Positions 18,423 through 27,894 of a stretch of 64,000 nt of DNA are shown here, one piece after another. Source of the stretch: Pseudomonadales bacterium. GTDB taxonomy: Bacteria > Pseudomonadota > Gammaproteobacteria > Pseudomonadales > Azotimanducaceae. A program made the translations under genes and the position numbers. How positions within the stretch are numbered: the first letter of the stretch is position 1; every line of letters begins with the position of its first letter. The stretch is taken from the NCBI GenBank assembly GCA_030744435.1, contig JASLQO010000009.1, positions 254,176-318,175 of the forward strand, read 5' to 3'. The notes under the pieces are model-generated. The model made no database searches and was not told the DNA's origin. It saw only the letters and a list, made by a program, of their open reading frames with translations.

Positions 18423-18476
18423 TATGAGACAAATCTTGATTGTGTCTCATAAACGAGACAAAATCGCGGTCTGTTT
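18423..18476. promoter_or_regulatory. operator-like inverted repeats upstream of the hydrolase/TetR-like pair
   Basis: Perfect 9-bp arms TATGAGACA (18423-18431) and TGTCTCATA (18443-18451) with an 11-nt spacer. A second imperfect pair follows: AAACGAGAC (18451-18459) and GTCTGTTT (18469-18476). The stems are AT-rich, unlike an intrinsic terminator. Confidence 0.4.
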
Positions 18477-18499
18477 CATATGGTCAGGATCTTACCGGC

Positions 18500-19222
18500 G
18501 TGAGCAGTCGTGCAATTCCCGGGCGGAATCGATATTGGGTGATGGCCGCGGGGCCGTGTGCCGCACTCGTGCCCGCGGCCCCGTTTCTCTATCAGGTGCC
18601 TAGGGGGGATGGCCACCCGGTGTTGGTGATGTCTGGCTTTGGCGGAGATGACAGCTCGACCGCGGTGCTGAGAGGATTCCTGAGTTGCGTCGGCTATCGA
18701 AGCCGCGCCTGGAAATTAGGCACCAATTGCGGGACTGATATGCCGGATCTGCTGCTCAACCTCGCCAGCCGTCTCGATGCGATATTCACGGCGGCAGGTG
18801 AGGTCAAGGTGAGTCTCGTGGGTTGGAGCCTTGGCGGTGTGTATGCGCGCGTGCTGGCGCACCACTACCGGAAGAAGCTACGGCAGGTCATTACCCTGGG
18901 CAGTCCCTTCGCCAGCAACTCGCGGACCACCCCCTCTTGCGTGCGCCTGCTGGCCGGAGAACGTCTGCCCGGGATTCCGAGCACGGCCGTGTTCAGTAAG
19001 ACGGACGTCGTGGTTCCCTGGCAGCTTGCCACACAACAGCCCACCGAAATCGCGGAAAACGTCGAAGTCTATGCCAGCCATGTGGGCCTCGGGTTCAATC
19101 CCGCCGTTTTATACGCTGCGGCCGATCGCCTTGCTAATCGTGAGGGACAGTGGCGTTCGATGCAGCGTACGGGCTGGAAACGTCTGATCTACGGACCGGC
19201 ACGACTGTCGACGGAGCACTAG
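18500..19222 (+). CDS. alpha/beta-fold hydrolase (lipase/esterase-like)
   Basis: GDGHPVLVMSGFGGDD and nucleophile elbow GWSLGG. The start is uncertain: the track start 18440 (TTG) lies inside the palindromes, so GTG 18500 is preferred. ATG 18542 is also possible. Confidence 0.7.
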   Translation: MSSRAIPGRNRYWVMAAGPCAALVPAAPFLYQVPRGDGHPVLVMSGFGGDDSSTAVLRGFLSCVGYRSRAWKLGTNCGTDMPDLLLNLASRLDAIFTAAGEVKVSLVGWSLGGVYARVLAHHYRKKLRQVITLGSPFASNSRTTPSCVRLLAGERLPGIPSTAVFSKTDVVVPWQLATQQPTEIAENVEVYASHVGLGFNPAVLYAAADRLANREGQWRSMQRTGWKRLIYGPARLSTEH

Positions 19223-19225
19223 AAC

Positions 19226-19834
19226 GTGTCGCCAAGAACCTGGCATACCTGTCAGCCAATGGATCTACAGAGTCTCGCACGACAGTGGTTTCTGAGTTCG
19301 CGGAGGATAGAACTACAGAAGCTCGCGGTGGAGCTCGGCATTTCGCGAGCGACCGCCTACCGGTGGGGTGGCAGTGCCGAACAACTCGTGGGACGCGTGC
19401 TCGCGTCACTGGTCGATGACACCTTCCGTCAGCTCGCGCACCGCAGCAGGGCAACCGGTGGCGAGCGTGTGCTCGACGTGCTGGAGCGTGGGATGCGTTA
19501 TGCGCACAAATTCCGGCCGTTACAGCAATTCCTGGCCAGAGACGCGCAATTGGGGCTGAGGATAGTTGCTTCCAAGCACAGTCCGGTTCAGGAACGCACG
19601 ATCGCCAACCTTCAGTGGTTGCTGGAGGAGGAGATCGACGCCGGCCATATGTCACTGCCGGTCACACCCGATGTCATGGCATACGCGCTCACGCGTATCG
19701 TCGAGTCTTTTTTGTACTCAGACCTCATTATCGGTGCTGCAGCGGAGCTTGAGAACGCATCGAGCATTGTGAAGCTCATGTTGTGCCAGGATCCGCAGCG
19801 CGAGCCTGTCCAAACAGAAACACGAATCCCGTAG
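19226..19834 (+). CDS. TetR/QsdR-like transcriptional regulator
   Basis: HTH LQKLAVELGISRATAYRWGGS followed by an all-helical C-terminal domain. GTG 19226 or ATG 19259 as start. Confidence 0.65.
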   Translation: MSPRTWHTCQPMDLQSLARQWFLSSRRIELQKLAVELGISRATAYRWGGSAEQLVGRVLASLVDDTFRQLAHRSRATGGERVLDVLERGMRYAHKFRPLQQFLARDAQLGLRIVASKHSPVQERTIANLQWLLEEEIDAGHMSLPVTPDVMAYALTRIVESFLYSDLIIGAAAELENASSIVKLMLCQDPQREPVQTETRIP

Positions 19835-19860
19835 CGGGATAGCTGATAGGAGATTCTCTC

Positions 19861-20313
19861 ATGTTGAGAATTGGCGATATGGCACCCGAGTTCGAACTCG
19901 CCGACCAGTCCGGCAGCACCGTAACGCTGAACCAGCTAGTTGCCGATGGCGATGTCGTTCTCTATTTCTATCCGGCTGACTTCTCGCCGGTATGCACCGC
20001 TGAAGCGTGTGCGTTTCGCGACAGCTACGAAGACGTCTCGAGTGTGGGGGTGCGGGTCGTGGGTGTGAGTCCGCAAGGCGTCGGTAGCCATCAACGATTC
20101 TCAAACCGTTTTTCCATCCCGTTTCCGCTCTTGAGCGATCCGCAGAAAATCACCATCAAGGCCTATGGTGTAGATGGTCCTTTGGGTTTCGGGGTCAGGC
20201 GAGCCACCTTTCTGATCGACGCTAAGAAAACCGTTCGAAACCGGGTCGTCTCGGATCTGTTCATTGGCTCTCACACGGAACTGCTCAACAAAACCGTGCG
20301 CGAACGCGTATAG
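19861..20313 (+). CDS. bcp: thiol peroxidase (peroxiredoxin Bcp type)
   Basis: APEFELADQSG...VVLYFYPADFSPVCTAEACAFRD with the peroxidatic Cys motif. Confidence 0.9.
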   Translation: MLRIGDMAPEFELADQSGSTVTLNQLVADGDVVLYFYPADFSPVCTAEACAFRDSYEDVSSVGVRVVGVSPQGVGSHQRFSNRFSIPFPLLSDPQKITIKAYGVDGPLGFGVRRATFLIDAKKTVRNRVVSDLFIGSHTELLNKTVRERV

Positions 20314-20333
20314 CGGCGTTGCTGCCGGGAAAG

Positions 20334-22796
20334 CTATTTCAACAATCCCCGTGCCTCGGCGTCGAGTACTGCCGCCTCGTCCATGTTCAGCCATTGCTGC
20401 AGGACAATGGCATTGTCCTCACCCAGCTCGCGTGTGCGCCGGTAGCTGTTACAGGGTGTGCGTTCGAAGTCGATCGGCAGGCGATCGGCCCACGCCTGGT
20501 TGATTGCAGGGCTAACATCGTCGATCGGTCGTGCGAAGCGAGACACGGCAAGCTGTGGATCCTGTTCCATCAGATCGATTCCGGTCTGGACCACACCTGC
20601 GGGCACACCCGCTCGCTGGCAGATGTCCATCACCGTGTAGGCGTCCTTGTGGCTGGTCCATCGTGCGATCTGTTCGTCGATTTCTGCCATTGCGCGAACA
20701 CGGCCAGCGCTGGTATCCAACTCGGCGTTGGCCGCCCATGGAGGATCGCCCAGAACGTGTTTCAGATTCCGCCATTGTTCGTCGCTCATGCACGCGATTG
20801 CCACCCAACGCTCATCGGCAACTGTCCGAGCCACCTCGGGCTCACAGCGGTAACAGCCGTGAGGTGCCGCCAGATCGTAAGGGAGCCGGTTTCCAGTGGG
20901 TCGAACCGCGCAAGCGTTCGCGAACAGATCGAGCAGTGCGGGGCCGGCGAAATTGACACCCACCTCGAATTGGGAAATATCCACTCTCTGACCACGGCCC
21001 GTGCGATGCCGCGCTTCCAATGCCGCCAGGATGGCGACGGCCCCGTGTAAACCGGCTTGATGATCGTTGTACGAAAAACCGAGACCGATATTGTCGCGTC
21101 CTTCCACACCGGTCAGGTGGGTCAGTCCGGCCAGGGCATGAACTGTTGGTGCGTAGGTGACGAACCCCGACCAGGGCCCGCCATCGCCCATGCCGGACAT
21201 CTGCACGTAGATAACGCCCGGTCGGGTTGCGCTGATTTGCTCATAACCGACTCCCCATCGCTCGAGCACACCGACGGAGAAGTTGTCGATGACCACATCC
21301 GCATTTTCGCACAGCTGCCGGCAGATGCTGTGACTCTCGGGGTGTGTCATATCCAGCGCGAGCGAGCGCTTGTTGCGGTTCCACATCAGATAGTAGGGAT
21401 GCTCGGTCCCATGGGTGCCGATAGCTCGGTCGGCGGAGTTTACCTTTACCACGTCCGCACCCATGTCACCGAGTACGCGCGTCGCGAAGGGTCCTGCCAG
21501 GACGTGGGTGAAGTCTAGAATACGCAGGCCTTCGAGGGGCCGCTGGGAAGGTTGCACCGGGCCACCCGCCGCCGTCGTCGTTGGCCGATCTTCCCAGCCG
21601 ATGTCGGTGATCGGCCCGGCTGCCTCGCCAGGATAGGCATGCAGGCTCCACGGTGTACGCGAGAAATGGTAAGGCGCACCGGGCGAGCGGATCTCGGCTT
21701 CGTTGACTCGATACGGTACAAACCAGTCCCGTGCTTCGAGCTGCGGGTTGTCGGCGACTTTTTCGATGGGCAGCACCCAGCCATAGGGTACATGTCGTTG
21801 CTGAGCATCGAAAAAGAGCTTCTCGACATCCTTAGTGGCGGCCCAGCGTCGCAGTACGTCCATGGTTCGCTCGATACGCAAACTCATGTTCTCGGGTTCG
21901 AGGTACTTTGGATCCGCGAGATCCTCGTGGGCATCCTCCTCGATCAACCACACCAGTTGCGCATCGAAATCCGGGGCCGGTGTGATCATGATATCGCCGC
22001 CCCGGGCGTGCATAACGTCGTATGCGTTCGACCAGTGCAAGGCGCCCCGCCGCGGCAGCATCTTGTCATTGGGTCGACCCATGGCTTCTGCGTACCAGTA
22101 CAGCATAAACACCTGCTCCAGGCAGGATGCGATGCACTCGTGCACCGGCACCCCTACCTGTTGGCTGAATCCCCGTACGCGCCGGTTGCACAGTGCGGCC
22201 AGTGCCGCAATAGCGACGTACACGCCGGAAACCATGAAATTGAGCTCGCCAAAACCCTTCAGGGGAGGTGTGTCCACATCTCCCGTCGTGGCCGCAGCGC
22301 CTGCGAGTGCACCGGCTACGAGATCCGGTGCCAGATAGTCCCGCCAGGGACCGTTCGTACCGAACGAGGAGCAGTTGACGACGATCAGCTCCGGCCTGCG
22401 GGCGCGAGCACCTTCGAGATCGAGGTGGTCCAGGCAGAAACCGCCCCGACAGGTCAGAACCAGATCTGACTGGTCGATGAGCTCTTCGAGCCCGGCGAGG
22501 TCCGTTGCATTGTGTGGATCGACTCCGACAAAGCGTCGATTAGATGCGAAGAATGCATGCCACAGGGAAGTGCTTGGCTGATCCGAGTGCTCGTGATACG
22601 GGCCACGATTGCGCAGGGGATCTCCTCCCGGCGGCTCCGGTCGGACGACGTCGGCACCGAGGTCGGCCAACAACTTTGCTCCGTAAATAGCCCGTTCGTC
22701 GGTGAGATCGACCACACGAATAGCGGACAGAGCACCTCCGGACGGTTCAGTGTTGCTGTTTTTTCCACCGGTCTTTCCACTGGCGTGGTCCATCAA
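20334..22796 (-). CDS. tandem-fused family III (CaiB/BaiF) CoA-transferase, two complete modules
   Basis: 820 aa. Module 1 starts LSAIRVVDLTDERAIYGAKLLADLGADVVRPEPPGGDP. Module 2 starts LEGLRILDFTHVLAGPFATRVLGDMGADVVKVNS. Each module is about 400 aa. Confidence 0.85.
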   Translation of the reverse strand: MMDHASGKTGGKNSNTEPSGGALSAIRVVDLTDERAIYGAKLLADLGADVVRPEPPGGDPLRNRGPYHEHSDQPSTSLWHAFFASNRRFVGVDPHNATDLAGLEELIDQSDLVLTCRGGFCLDHLDLEGARARRPELIVVNCSSFGTNGPWRDYLAPDLVAGALAGAAATTGDVDTPPLKGFGELNFMVSGVYVAIAALAALCNRRVRGFSQQVGVPVHECIASCLEQVFMLYWYAEAMGRPNDKMLPRRGALHWSNAYDVMHARGGDIMITPAPDFDAQLVWLIEEDAHEDLADPKYLEPENMSLRIERTMDVLRRWAATKDVEKLFFDAQQRHVPYGWVLPIEKVADNPQLEARDWFVPYRVNEAEIRSPGAPYHFSRTPWSLHAYPGEAAGPITDIGWEDRPTTTAAGGPVQPSQRPLEGLRILDFTHVLAGPFATRVLGDMGADVVKVNSADRAIGTHGTEHPYYLMWNRNKRSLALDMTHPESHSICRQLCENADVVIDNFSVGVLERWGVGYEQISATRPGVIYVQMSGMGDGGPWSGFVTYAPTVHALAGLTHLTGVEGRDNIGLGFSYNDHQAGLHGAVAILAALEARHRTGRGQRVDISQFEVGVNFAGPALLDLFANACAVRPTGNRLPYDLAAPHGCYRCEPEVARTVADERWVAIACMSDEQWRNLKHVLGDPPWAANAELDTSAGRVRAMAEIDEQIARWTSHKDAYTVMDICQRAGVPAGVVQTGIDLMEQDPQLAVSRFARPIDDVSPAINQAWADRLPIDFERTPCNSYRRTRELGEDNAIVLQQWLNMDEAAVLDAEARGLLK

Positions 22797-22895
22797 AACG
22801 ACATGCGCGTGACAACGATCCCGGATAGGGTAAACGCGACCGAACCCATGCGTATATCCTGCCGCGACTCACTTCGGCGCATTGGCCGGCCCGTG

Positions 22896-23414
22896 CTAGC
22901 CAGGTTTGACGATGGCGAGAAACCAGAGAAGGGGAATCGTGATTCTCACCACCGGGCTGACGAATCTGAAGAACTTGAGCTGATCTCCGCGCATCTTCTT
23001 GTAGCCTTCCGGGTCTTCTTCCTTACGCGCTTCTGCCCGCGCGGAATAGTAGTGGGAGAACCAGATGTCGTATGCCTCCAGAGGGACGTAGATGATCACA
23101 ATGATCGACAGCTTGAGCATGATCCAGGTGGACTCGAGAGTCCAGCCGCTCGCCAGGAACATCAGCGGTCCCGTGATGATGAGTACGGGCCAGGCGATGT
23201 GTTCCAGGATGATCAGCTTGTCGACCTGATCCCAGGACCACCACATTCGACGCTCCAGTTCTGCATTCGAGGGTTCGCCTTGATAGTCGTTGATCGCGCG
23301 ACGGACATACACCGTGTAGGCCGGTGGGACCGCCAGTCCCCAAAGGAACGCAAAGAAGACGTGGATGAACTTGATGTAGAGAAAATTGCTAGCGACGAAA
23401 GCAGTGAGATCCAT
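22896..23414 (-). CDS. hypothetical integral membrane protein
   Basis: ORF trimmed to ATG 23414 (MDLTAFVASNFLYIKFIHVFFAFLWG...). Four hydrophobic helices. Family not recognised. Confidence 0.6.
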   Translation of the reverse strand: MDLTAFVASNFLYIKFIHVFFAFLWGLAVPPAYTVYVRRAINDYQGEPSNAELERRMWWSWDQVDKLIILEHIAWPVLIITGPLMFLASGWTLESTWIMLKLSIIVIIYVPLEAYDIWFSHYYSARAEARKEEDPEGYKKMRGDQLKFFRFVSPVVRITIPLLWFLAIVKPG

Positions 23415-23566
23415 GAGTGCTTCTCCCGCATGGGATGCCATCAACAACGCCGAGCGGACTCAGCACGCAAATACTTAGCAATGCAAGAATTTAGCACTAT
23501 CATCGGGAGGCGGCAAATGGTTCAATGAAACGGTGGGTTAAGAAGGGGTGGTGGTATGCTGAAGAT

Positions 23567-24390
23567 TCACCAGCGAATCTTAGTTCTGAACATCGTCTGT
23601 TTTGGTGTATTCCTGGTGCTGGCAGGCAGCATACTTCTGCGCTGATCTGCGGTGCGGAGTCCCAGTCTTGACGGTCGAGTAGCCCTGCTCCTGGGCGAGA
23701 TCTGCAGCACGTCGGCGATGCTATCGGTCAAGGCGTGCTGAACACTCGAATTCAACTCACTTCGACTCACCGATTGTATTGCCCGGGTAAGGGCACGGCG
23801 CAGATCCTCGGGTAAGTGGCCCATCAGATGCCGATCCGCGGTCACGGACACGGCCATCGCTTCACGGCGTGCATGATTGCGTTCTGCGACGAGGTGGTGA
23901 TGCACCCAGGCCCGGCCCAGGATCACCCACGGAAAATTGGCCGCGTGAACCAGACCGATTTGCAGAACACGCCCCGCACAGCCTGTCCGAGCACCTTCAC
24001 GCGGGCGATTTCACCACCGCCGAGCCACGCGCCGCCCCGCCCAGCAGAGCTCCCAATCCCGCCCCCAGCAGCACGGTGGTGGCGTCGTCGCTGGCGAGGC
24101 CACCGTGCCGGTGCAGGTTCTGAATGGTTTCGCGTGAGAGCCGTTCGCGCTTGCGAATGCGTGTCTGCAGACGCTCAGTCAGTCTCTGCCGCATCGGTGC
24201 GGCTTGTTCGTCATCTGAAAGCGCACGGCGTTCGGTGATGCACAGTGTTTCTATCAGACAGATCGGCGATCTCGGCTGCGCTGCGCGCACGGCGATGAGT
24301 GTGCTCGGTGTTCAGTGCCGCCATTTCTCTGTGCTCGTCGGTCCAGTCGGGCTCGGGAAGCGGGTCGACGCGAGGGCGATATAGACGCAT
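23567..24390 (-). pseudogene. possible decayed gene(s); the N-terminus resembles the carboxymuconolactone-decarboxylase (AhpD-like) family
   Basis: Three minus-strand ORF pieces in different frames (24390-24211, 24290-23997, 23926-23567). The first begins MRLYRPRVDPLPEPDWTDEHREM, typical of CMD-family N-termini. The rest is only vaguely protein-like. Confidence 0.3.
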
Positions 24391-24563
24391 AGTGTTGCTG
24401 CCGGGGAACGAGATATCGCGGTCATCATGGCATTGTGCAGGAGGTCCGCAGCAGTCTGTCAGGAGCGGGTTGTGGGCTGCGCTATCTCTTCTGTCGGCCA
24501 TCAACGGGTCACTGAGGCTGGCGAACGTTATCATCGTGTAGAAAACCAAGGAACAACAAGATC

Positions 24564-25007
24564 ATGAAACTCACTCACCTGTTCGACTATCATGCCGATC
24601 TGAAAGAGCCTCAGGCCGTGGGTCGTGCGCAATTCGGTACGAGGATGATCTACGACGTCACCGGCGGTACGTTCGAGGGACCCAGGGCGCGTGGTCACGT
24701 ACTACCCAGTGGTGCCGATTGGCTTTTGATCGACGATGAGGGCGTTGGCCGGCTGGATGTTCGCGCTACCTTCGAAACCGACGATGGTGCGTTGATCTAC
24801 ATGCAGTACTTCGGGGTGGTGATGTTGCCCAGCACCGATGACGAGGAACTGATCGAGACTCAGTATGGAGACCTCTATTTCATGACGCAGCCGCGTTTTG
24901 AAACGGCGGATGAGCGCTATGCCTGGCTGAACGGTATCGTCGCGGTCGCACAGGGGCGAACGTTGCCGGGCGCGGTTGAATATCGTGTCTATGCGCTGGA
25001 AAACTGA
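24564..25007 (+). CDS. DUF3237 (UPF0311) family protein
   Basis: RMIYDVTGGTFEGPRARGHVLPSGADWLLIDDEGVGRLDVRATFETDDGALIYMQY...PRFETADERYAWLN matches the DUF3237 pattern as I recall it. Confidence 0.75.
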   Translation: MKLTHLFDYHADLKEPQAVGRAQFGTRMIYDVTGGTFEGPRARGHVLPSGADWLLIDDEGVGRLDVRATFETDDGALIYMQYFGVVMLPSTDDEELIETQYGDLYFMTQPRFETADERYAWLNGIVAVAQGRTLPGAVEYRVYALEN

Positions 25008-25053
25008 GTTGTAAGGGCTTGCGTGCTGCCCGTCTCGTGGGTAGCTTGAGGAT

Positions 25054-25929
25054 CTACTTGTCGTGGACTCTGATCAGCCCTTCCTGGGCCGCGGAGGCGA
25101 CCAGCAGACCGGCCTCGTTGTAGATTAGCCCGCGGTTCAGTCCGCGCCCACCCGACGCGGCGGGGCTGTCCTGAACGTACAACAGCCATTCGTCAGCCCG
25201 AAACGGATGGTGGAACCACATGGCGTGATCGAGGCTCGCCACCTGCATGGCAGTCTGAGTGAAACTCACGGCATGGGGCATCATCGAGGTATCGATCAGC
25301 GACCAGTCCGACAGATAGGCGAGCACGCACTGGTGCAGGCGGCGGTCGTCCGGCAGGCGCTCGCGTGAGCGCATCCAGCACATCTGCTCAGGGGCGTGAA
25401 TCTGCGGCAGGAAGATGTTCACCGGGTCCACGGGGTGAATCTCGATGGGCCGGTTGCGGTCGTTGCCCGACATGTCCCACCGAGGGGGGTCTTGGAGTTC
25501 GGCGTAGTGCCGCTCCCGTACCTCCGCCTCATCGGGAAGCGCACCGGGCGCTGGTGCCGTGGGCATGTCGATTTGATGCGTCAGGCCATCCTCGTCCACC
25601 TGAAAGGAGATGGACATGTTGAAGATCGCCTGGCCGTTCTGTATAGCCACCACGTGGCGTGTGGTGAAGCTGCGGCCGTCGCGGATGCGGTCCACTTTGT
25701 AGAGAATTGGTGTGTGCATCGCGCCCGGGCGCAGGAAATAACCGTGCAGCGAGTGTGCGTGACGGTCCTCATCCACCGTTCGGGAGGCGGCGACCAGCGC
25801 CTGGCCGATGACCTGTCCACCATAAACGCGCTGCCAGCCTTCGTTGGGGCTGGTGGCGCGGTAGTGGTTCTTTTCGATCTCTTCGAGGTCCAGAAGACCG
25901 ATGAGATCCTGAAGTGACTGCTGCTCCAT
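25054..25929 (-). CDS. tesB: acyl-CoA thioesterase II
   Basis: LLDLEEIEKNHYRATSPNEGWQRVYGGQVIGQALVAA and double hot-dog length (291 aa). Confidence 0.9.
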   Translation of the reverse strand: MEQQSLQDLIGLLDLEEIEKNHYRATSPNEGWQRVYGGQVIGQALVAASRTVDEDRHAHSLHGYFLRPGAMHTPILYKVDRIRDGRSFTTRHVVAIQNGQAIFNMSISFQVDEDGLTHQIDMPTAPAPGALPDEAEVRERHYAELQDPPRWDMSGNDRNRPIEIHPVDPVNIFLPQIHAPEQMCWMRSRERLPDDRRLHQCVLAYLSDWSLIDTSMMPHAVSFTQTAMQVASLDHAMWFHHPFRADEWLLYVQDSPAASGGRGLNRGLIYNEAGLLVASAAQEGLIRVHDK

Positions 25930-26005
25930 GTGTTCCTTCAGATTTCCCTTCGGGAAAAGGCGCGCTATTGTAGTCGTTTCCCGCCAAACGAGAAGAAGAG
26001 AAAAA

Positions 26006-26479
26006 ATGCCGTCGCGACGTGAACTGATTCAGCTTACCCACGAGGAAATGGCTGAATTCCTCGATACTTCCAGAACCCTCATCATCGTCTCCAACGGTGT
26101 GGATGGATACCCGCACCCCGTGCCCATGTGGTTCTGCCGGGATGCGGAGGGGCGTTTGTGCTGCACTACCTTCAAGAAAGCCCAGAAGGTACTCAACTTT
26201 CGGCGCGATCCGAAAGCGTCGCTGCTCGTCGAGAGCGGTCATGACTACGAGGAGCTCAAGAGCGTGCTGATCTATGCGCATGCGGATGTGGTGGAGGACG
26301 TCGATGCTGTTCGGGATACGCTGGTTGGTATCAACTCAAAGGGTCGTACGGTGTCGGAAGCGGAACGGGAGGAGCTGCGTGAGGCGGTTTCGAACACCGC
26401 CGAGAAGCGCGTGATGATCCGATTTACGCCCCAGCGTTACGTGAGTTGGGACCACGCCAAACTCGGTGGCCGTTACTAG
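26006..26479 (+). CDS. pyridoxamine-5'-phosphate-oxidase-fold (PPOX class) protein
   Basis: ORF trimmed to ATG 26006. EEMAEFLDTSRTLIIVSNGVDGYPHPVPMWF...FKKAQKVLNFRRDPKASLLVE is the typical split-barrel pattern. Confidence 0.8.
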   Translation: MPSRRELIQLTHEEMAEFLDTSRTLIIVSNGVDGYPHPVPMWFCRDAEGRLCCTTFKKAQKVLNFRRDPKASLLVESGHDYEELKSVLIYAHADVVEDVDAVRDTLVGINSKGRTVSEAEREELREAVSNTAEKRVMIRFTPQRYVSWDHAKLGGRY

Positions 26480-26498
26480 CAACGATGGAAGAACCGGC

Positions 26499-26518
26499 GC
26501 CGGGGCCGGAGCCCCGGC
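26499..26518. terminator. GC-rich hairpin between convergent genes
   Basis: GCCGGGGC (26499-26506), loop CGGA, GCCCCGGC (26511-26518). Lies between the PPOX-fold gene stop (26479) and the ahcY stop (26533). No U-tract. Confidence 0.4.
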
Positions 26519-26532
26519 AGATGCGTACGGTA

Positions 26533-27894
26533 TCAGTATTTGTAGGTCTCGGGCTTGAAAGGTCCTTCCTGATTCACACCGATGTAGCTGGCCTGGGTAC
26601 TGGTCAGGGTGGTGACCACGCCGCCAAAACCCTCGACCATAAGCTGAGCGACTTCTTCGTCGAGCTTCTTCGGCAGCACTTCCACCTTGATCGGCTCGCG
26701 CTGGATGGGAGGCTGATCTGCCCAACGCTGCTCGAACAGGTGCATCTGTGCGAGCACCTGATTGGCGAACGAGCCATCCATGATGCGCGACGGGTGACCC
26801 ATCGCATTGCCGAGATTCACCAGACGACCCTCTGAGAGCAATATCAGGTAATCGTGCGCATCATTGCTGCGGAATATCTGGTGTACCTGGTCCTTCACGG
26901 CATCCCAGCGCCAGTTGTCTCGCATGAATTGAGTGTCGATCTCGTTGTCGAAGTGACCGATATTGCACACGATCGCACCGCGTTTGATGGTCGCCAGCAT
27001 GTTGGCGTCGCAGACGTTCGCATTACCGGTGCAGGTGACCAGCAGATCAGTGTCGTTTAGCAGCGTGGTGTTGATGTCCTCGGCCTTGCCCGTGTTCACA
27101 CCGTTGTTGTAAGCGGACACCACCTCGAAGCCGTCCATGCACGCTTGCATGGCGCAAATCGGGTCGACCTCCACCACGCGCACGATCATTCCCTCCTGGC
27201 GAAGACTCTGGGCGGAACCCTTGCCGACATCGCCATAGCCGATCACGAGCGCGCGCTTGCCGGACATCAGCATGTCGGTGCCGCGCTTGATGGCATCGTT
27301 GAGGCTGTGACGGCAGCCGTATTTGTTGTCGTTCTTCGACTTGGTGACGGAATCGTTGACATTGATGGCGGGCACTTTCAACTCGCCGGTTTCAATCATT
27401 TCGTAGAGCCGGTGCACGCCTGTGGTGGTTTCTTCGCTGATGCCGTGAATGGATTCGAGCATCGCCGGGTACTTTTCGTGGATAATCTGCGTCAGGTCAC
27501 CTCCGTCATCGAGCAAGAGGTTGGCATCCCAGGGTGCGTCATCGGTGTTGATGGTCTGTTCGATACACCACCAGTACTCCTCCTCGGTTTCACCTTTCCA
27601 CGCGAACACCGGCACACCGGCGGCGGCCATCGCCGCAGCGGCGTGGTCCTGCGTCGAAAAGATATTGCATGAGGACCAGCGTACCTCGGCGCCGAGATCG
27701 GTGAGTGTCTCGATGAGCACGGCGGTCTGAATAGTCATATGGATGCAGCCGATGATCTTCGCGCCCTGAAGCGGTTGCTCGTCCCGGTACTTGCGACGGA
27801 GTGCCATCAGGGCCGGCATCTCCGCTTCCGCGAGAGTAATCTCCCTACGACCGAAATCCGCGAGGCTAATGTCAGCCACCTTGTAATCCGTCAT
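26533..27894 (-). CDS. ahcY: adenosylhomocysteinase
   Basis: ORF trimmed to ATG 27894 ([33 protein letters not shown]). NAD motif [13 protein letters not shown]-terminal ...[10 protein letters not shown]. Confidence 0.95.
   Translation of the reverse strand: MTDYKVADISLADFGRREITLAEAEMPALMALRRKYRDEQPLQGAKIIGCIHMTIQTAVLIETLTDLGAEVRWSSCNIFSTQDHAAAAMAAAGVPVFAWKGETEEEYWWCIEQTINTDDAPWDANLLLDDGGDLTQIIHEKYPAMLESIHGISEETTTGVHRLYEMIETGELKVPAINVNDSVTKSKNDNKYGCRHSLNDAIKRGTDMLMSGKRALVIGYGDVGKGSAQSLRQEGMIVRVVEVDPICAMQACMDGFEVVSAYNNGVNTGKAEDINTTLLNDTDLLVTCTGNANVCDANMLATIKRGAIVCNIGHFDNEIDTQFMRDNWRWDAVKDQVHQIFRSNDAHDYLILLSEGRLVNLGNAMGHPSRIMDGSFANQVLAQMHLFEQRWADQPPIQREPIKVEVLPKKLDEEVAQLMVEGFGGVVTTLTSTQASYIGVNQEGPFKPETYKY

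Noticed and set aside
20319-22469. Plus-strand ORFs (20319-21050, 21552-22469) within the CoA-transferase locus.
   Set aside because: They are shadow frames of the 820-aa minus-strand gene and carry no family signatures.
23556-23645. 29-codon hydrophobic ORF (MLKIHQRILVLNIVCFGVFLVLAGSILLR) with a purine-rich stretch upstream.
   Set aside because: It is too short to support from sequence alone, with no conservation information. It lies in a region that otherwise looks like decayed DNA.
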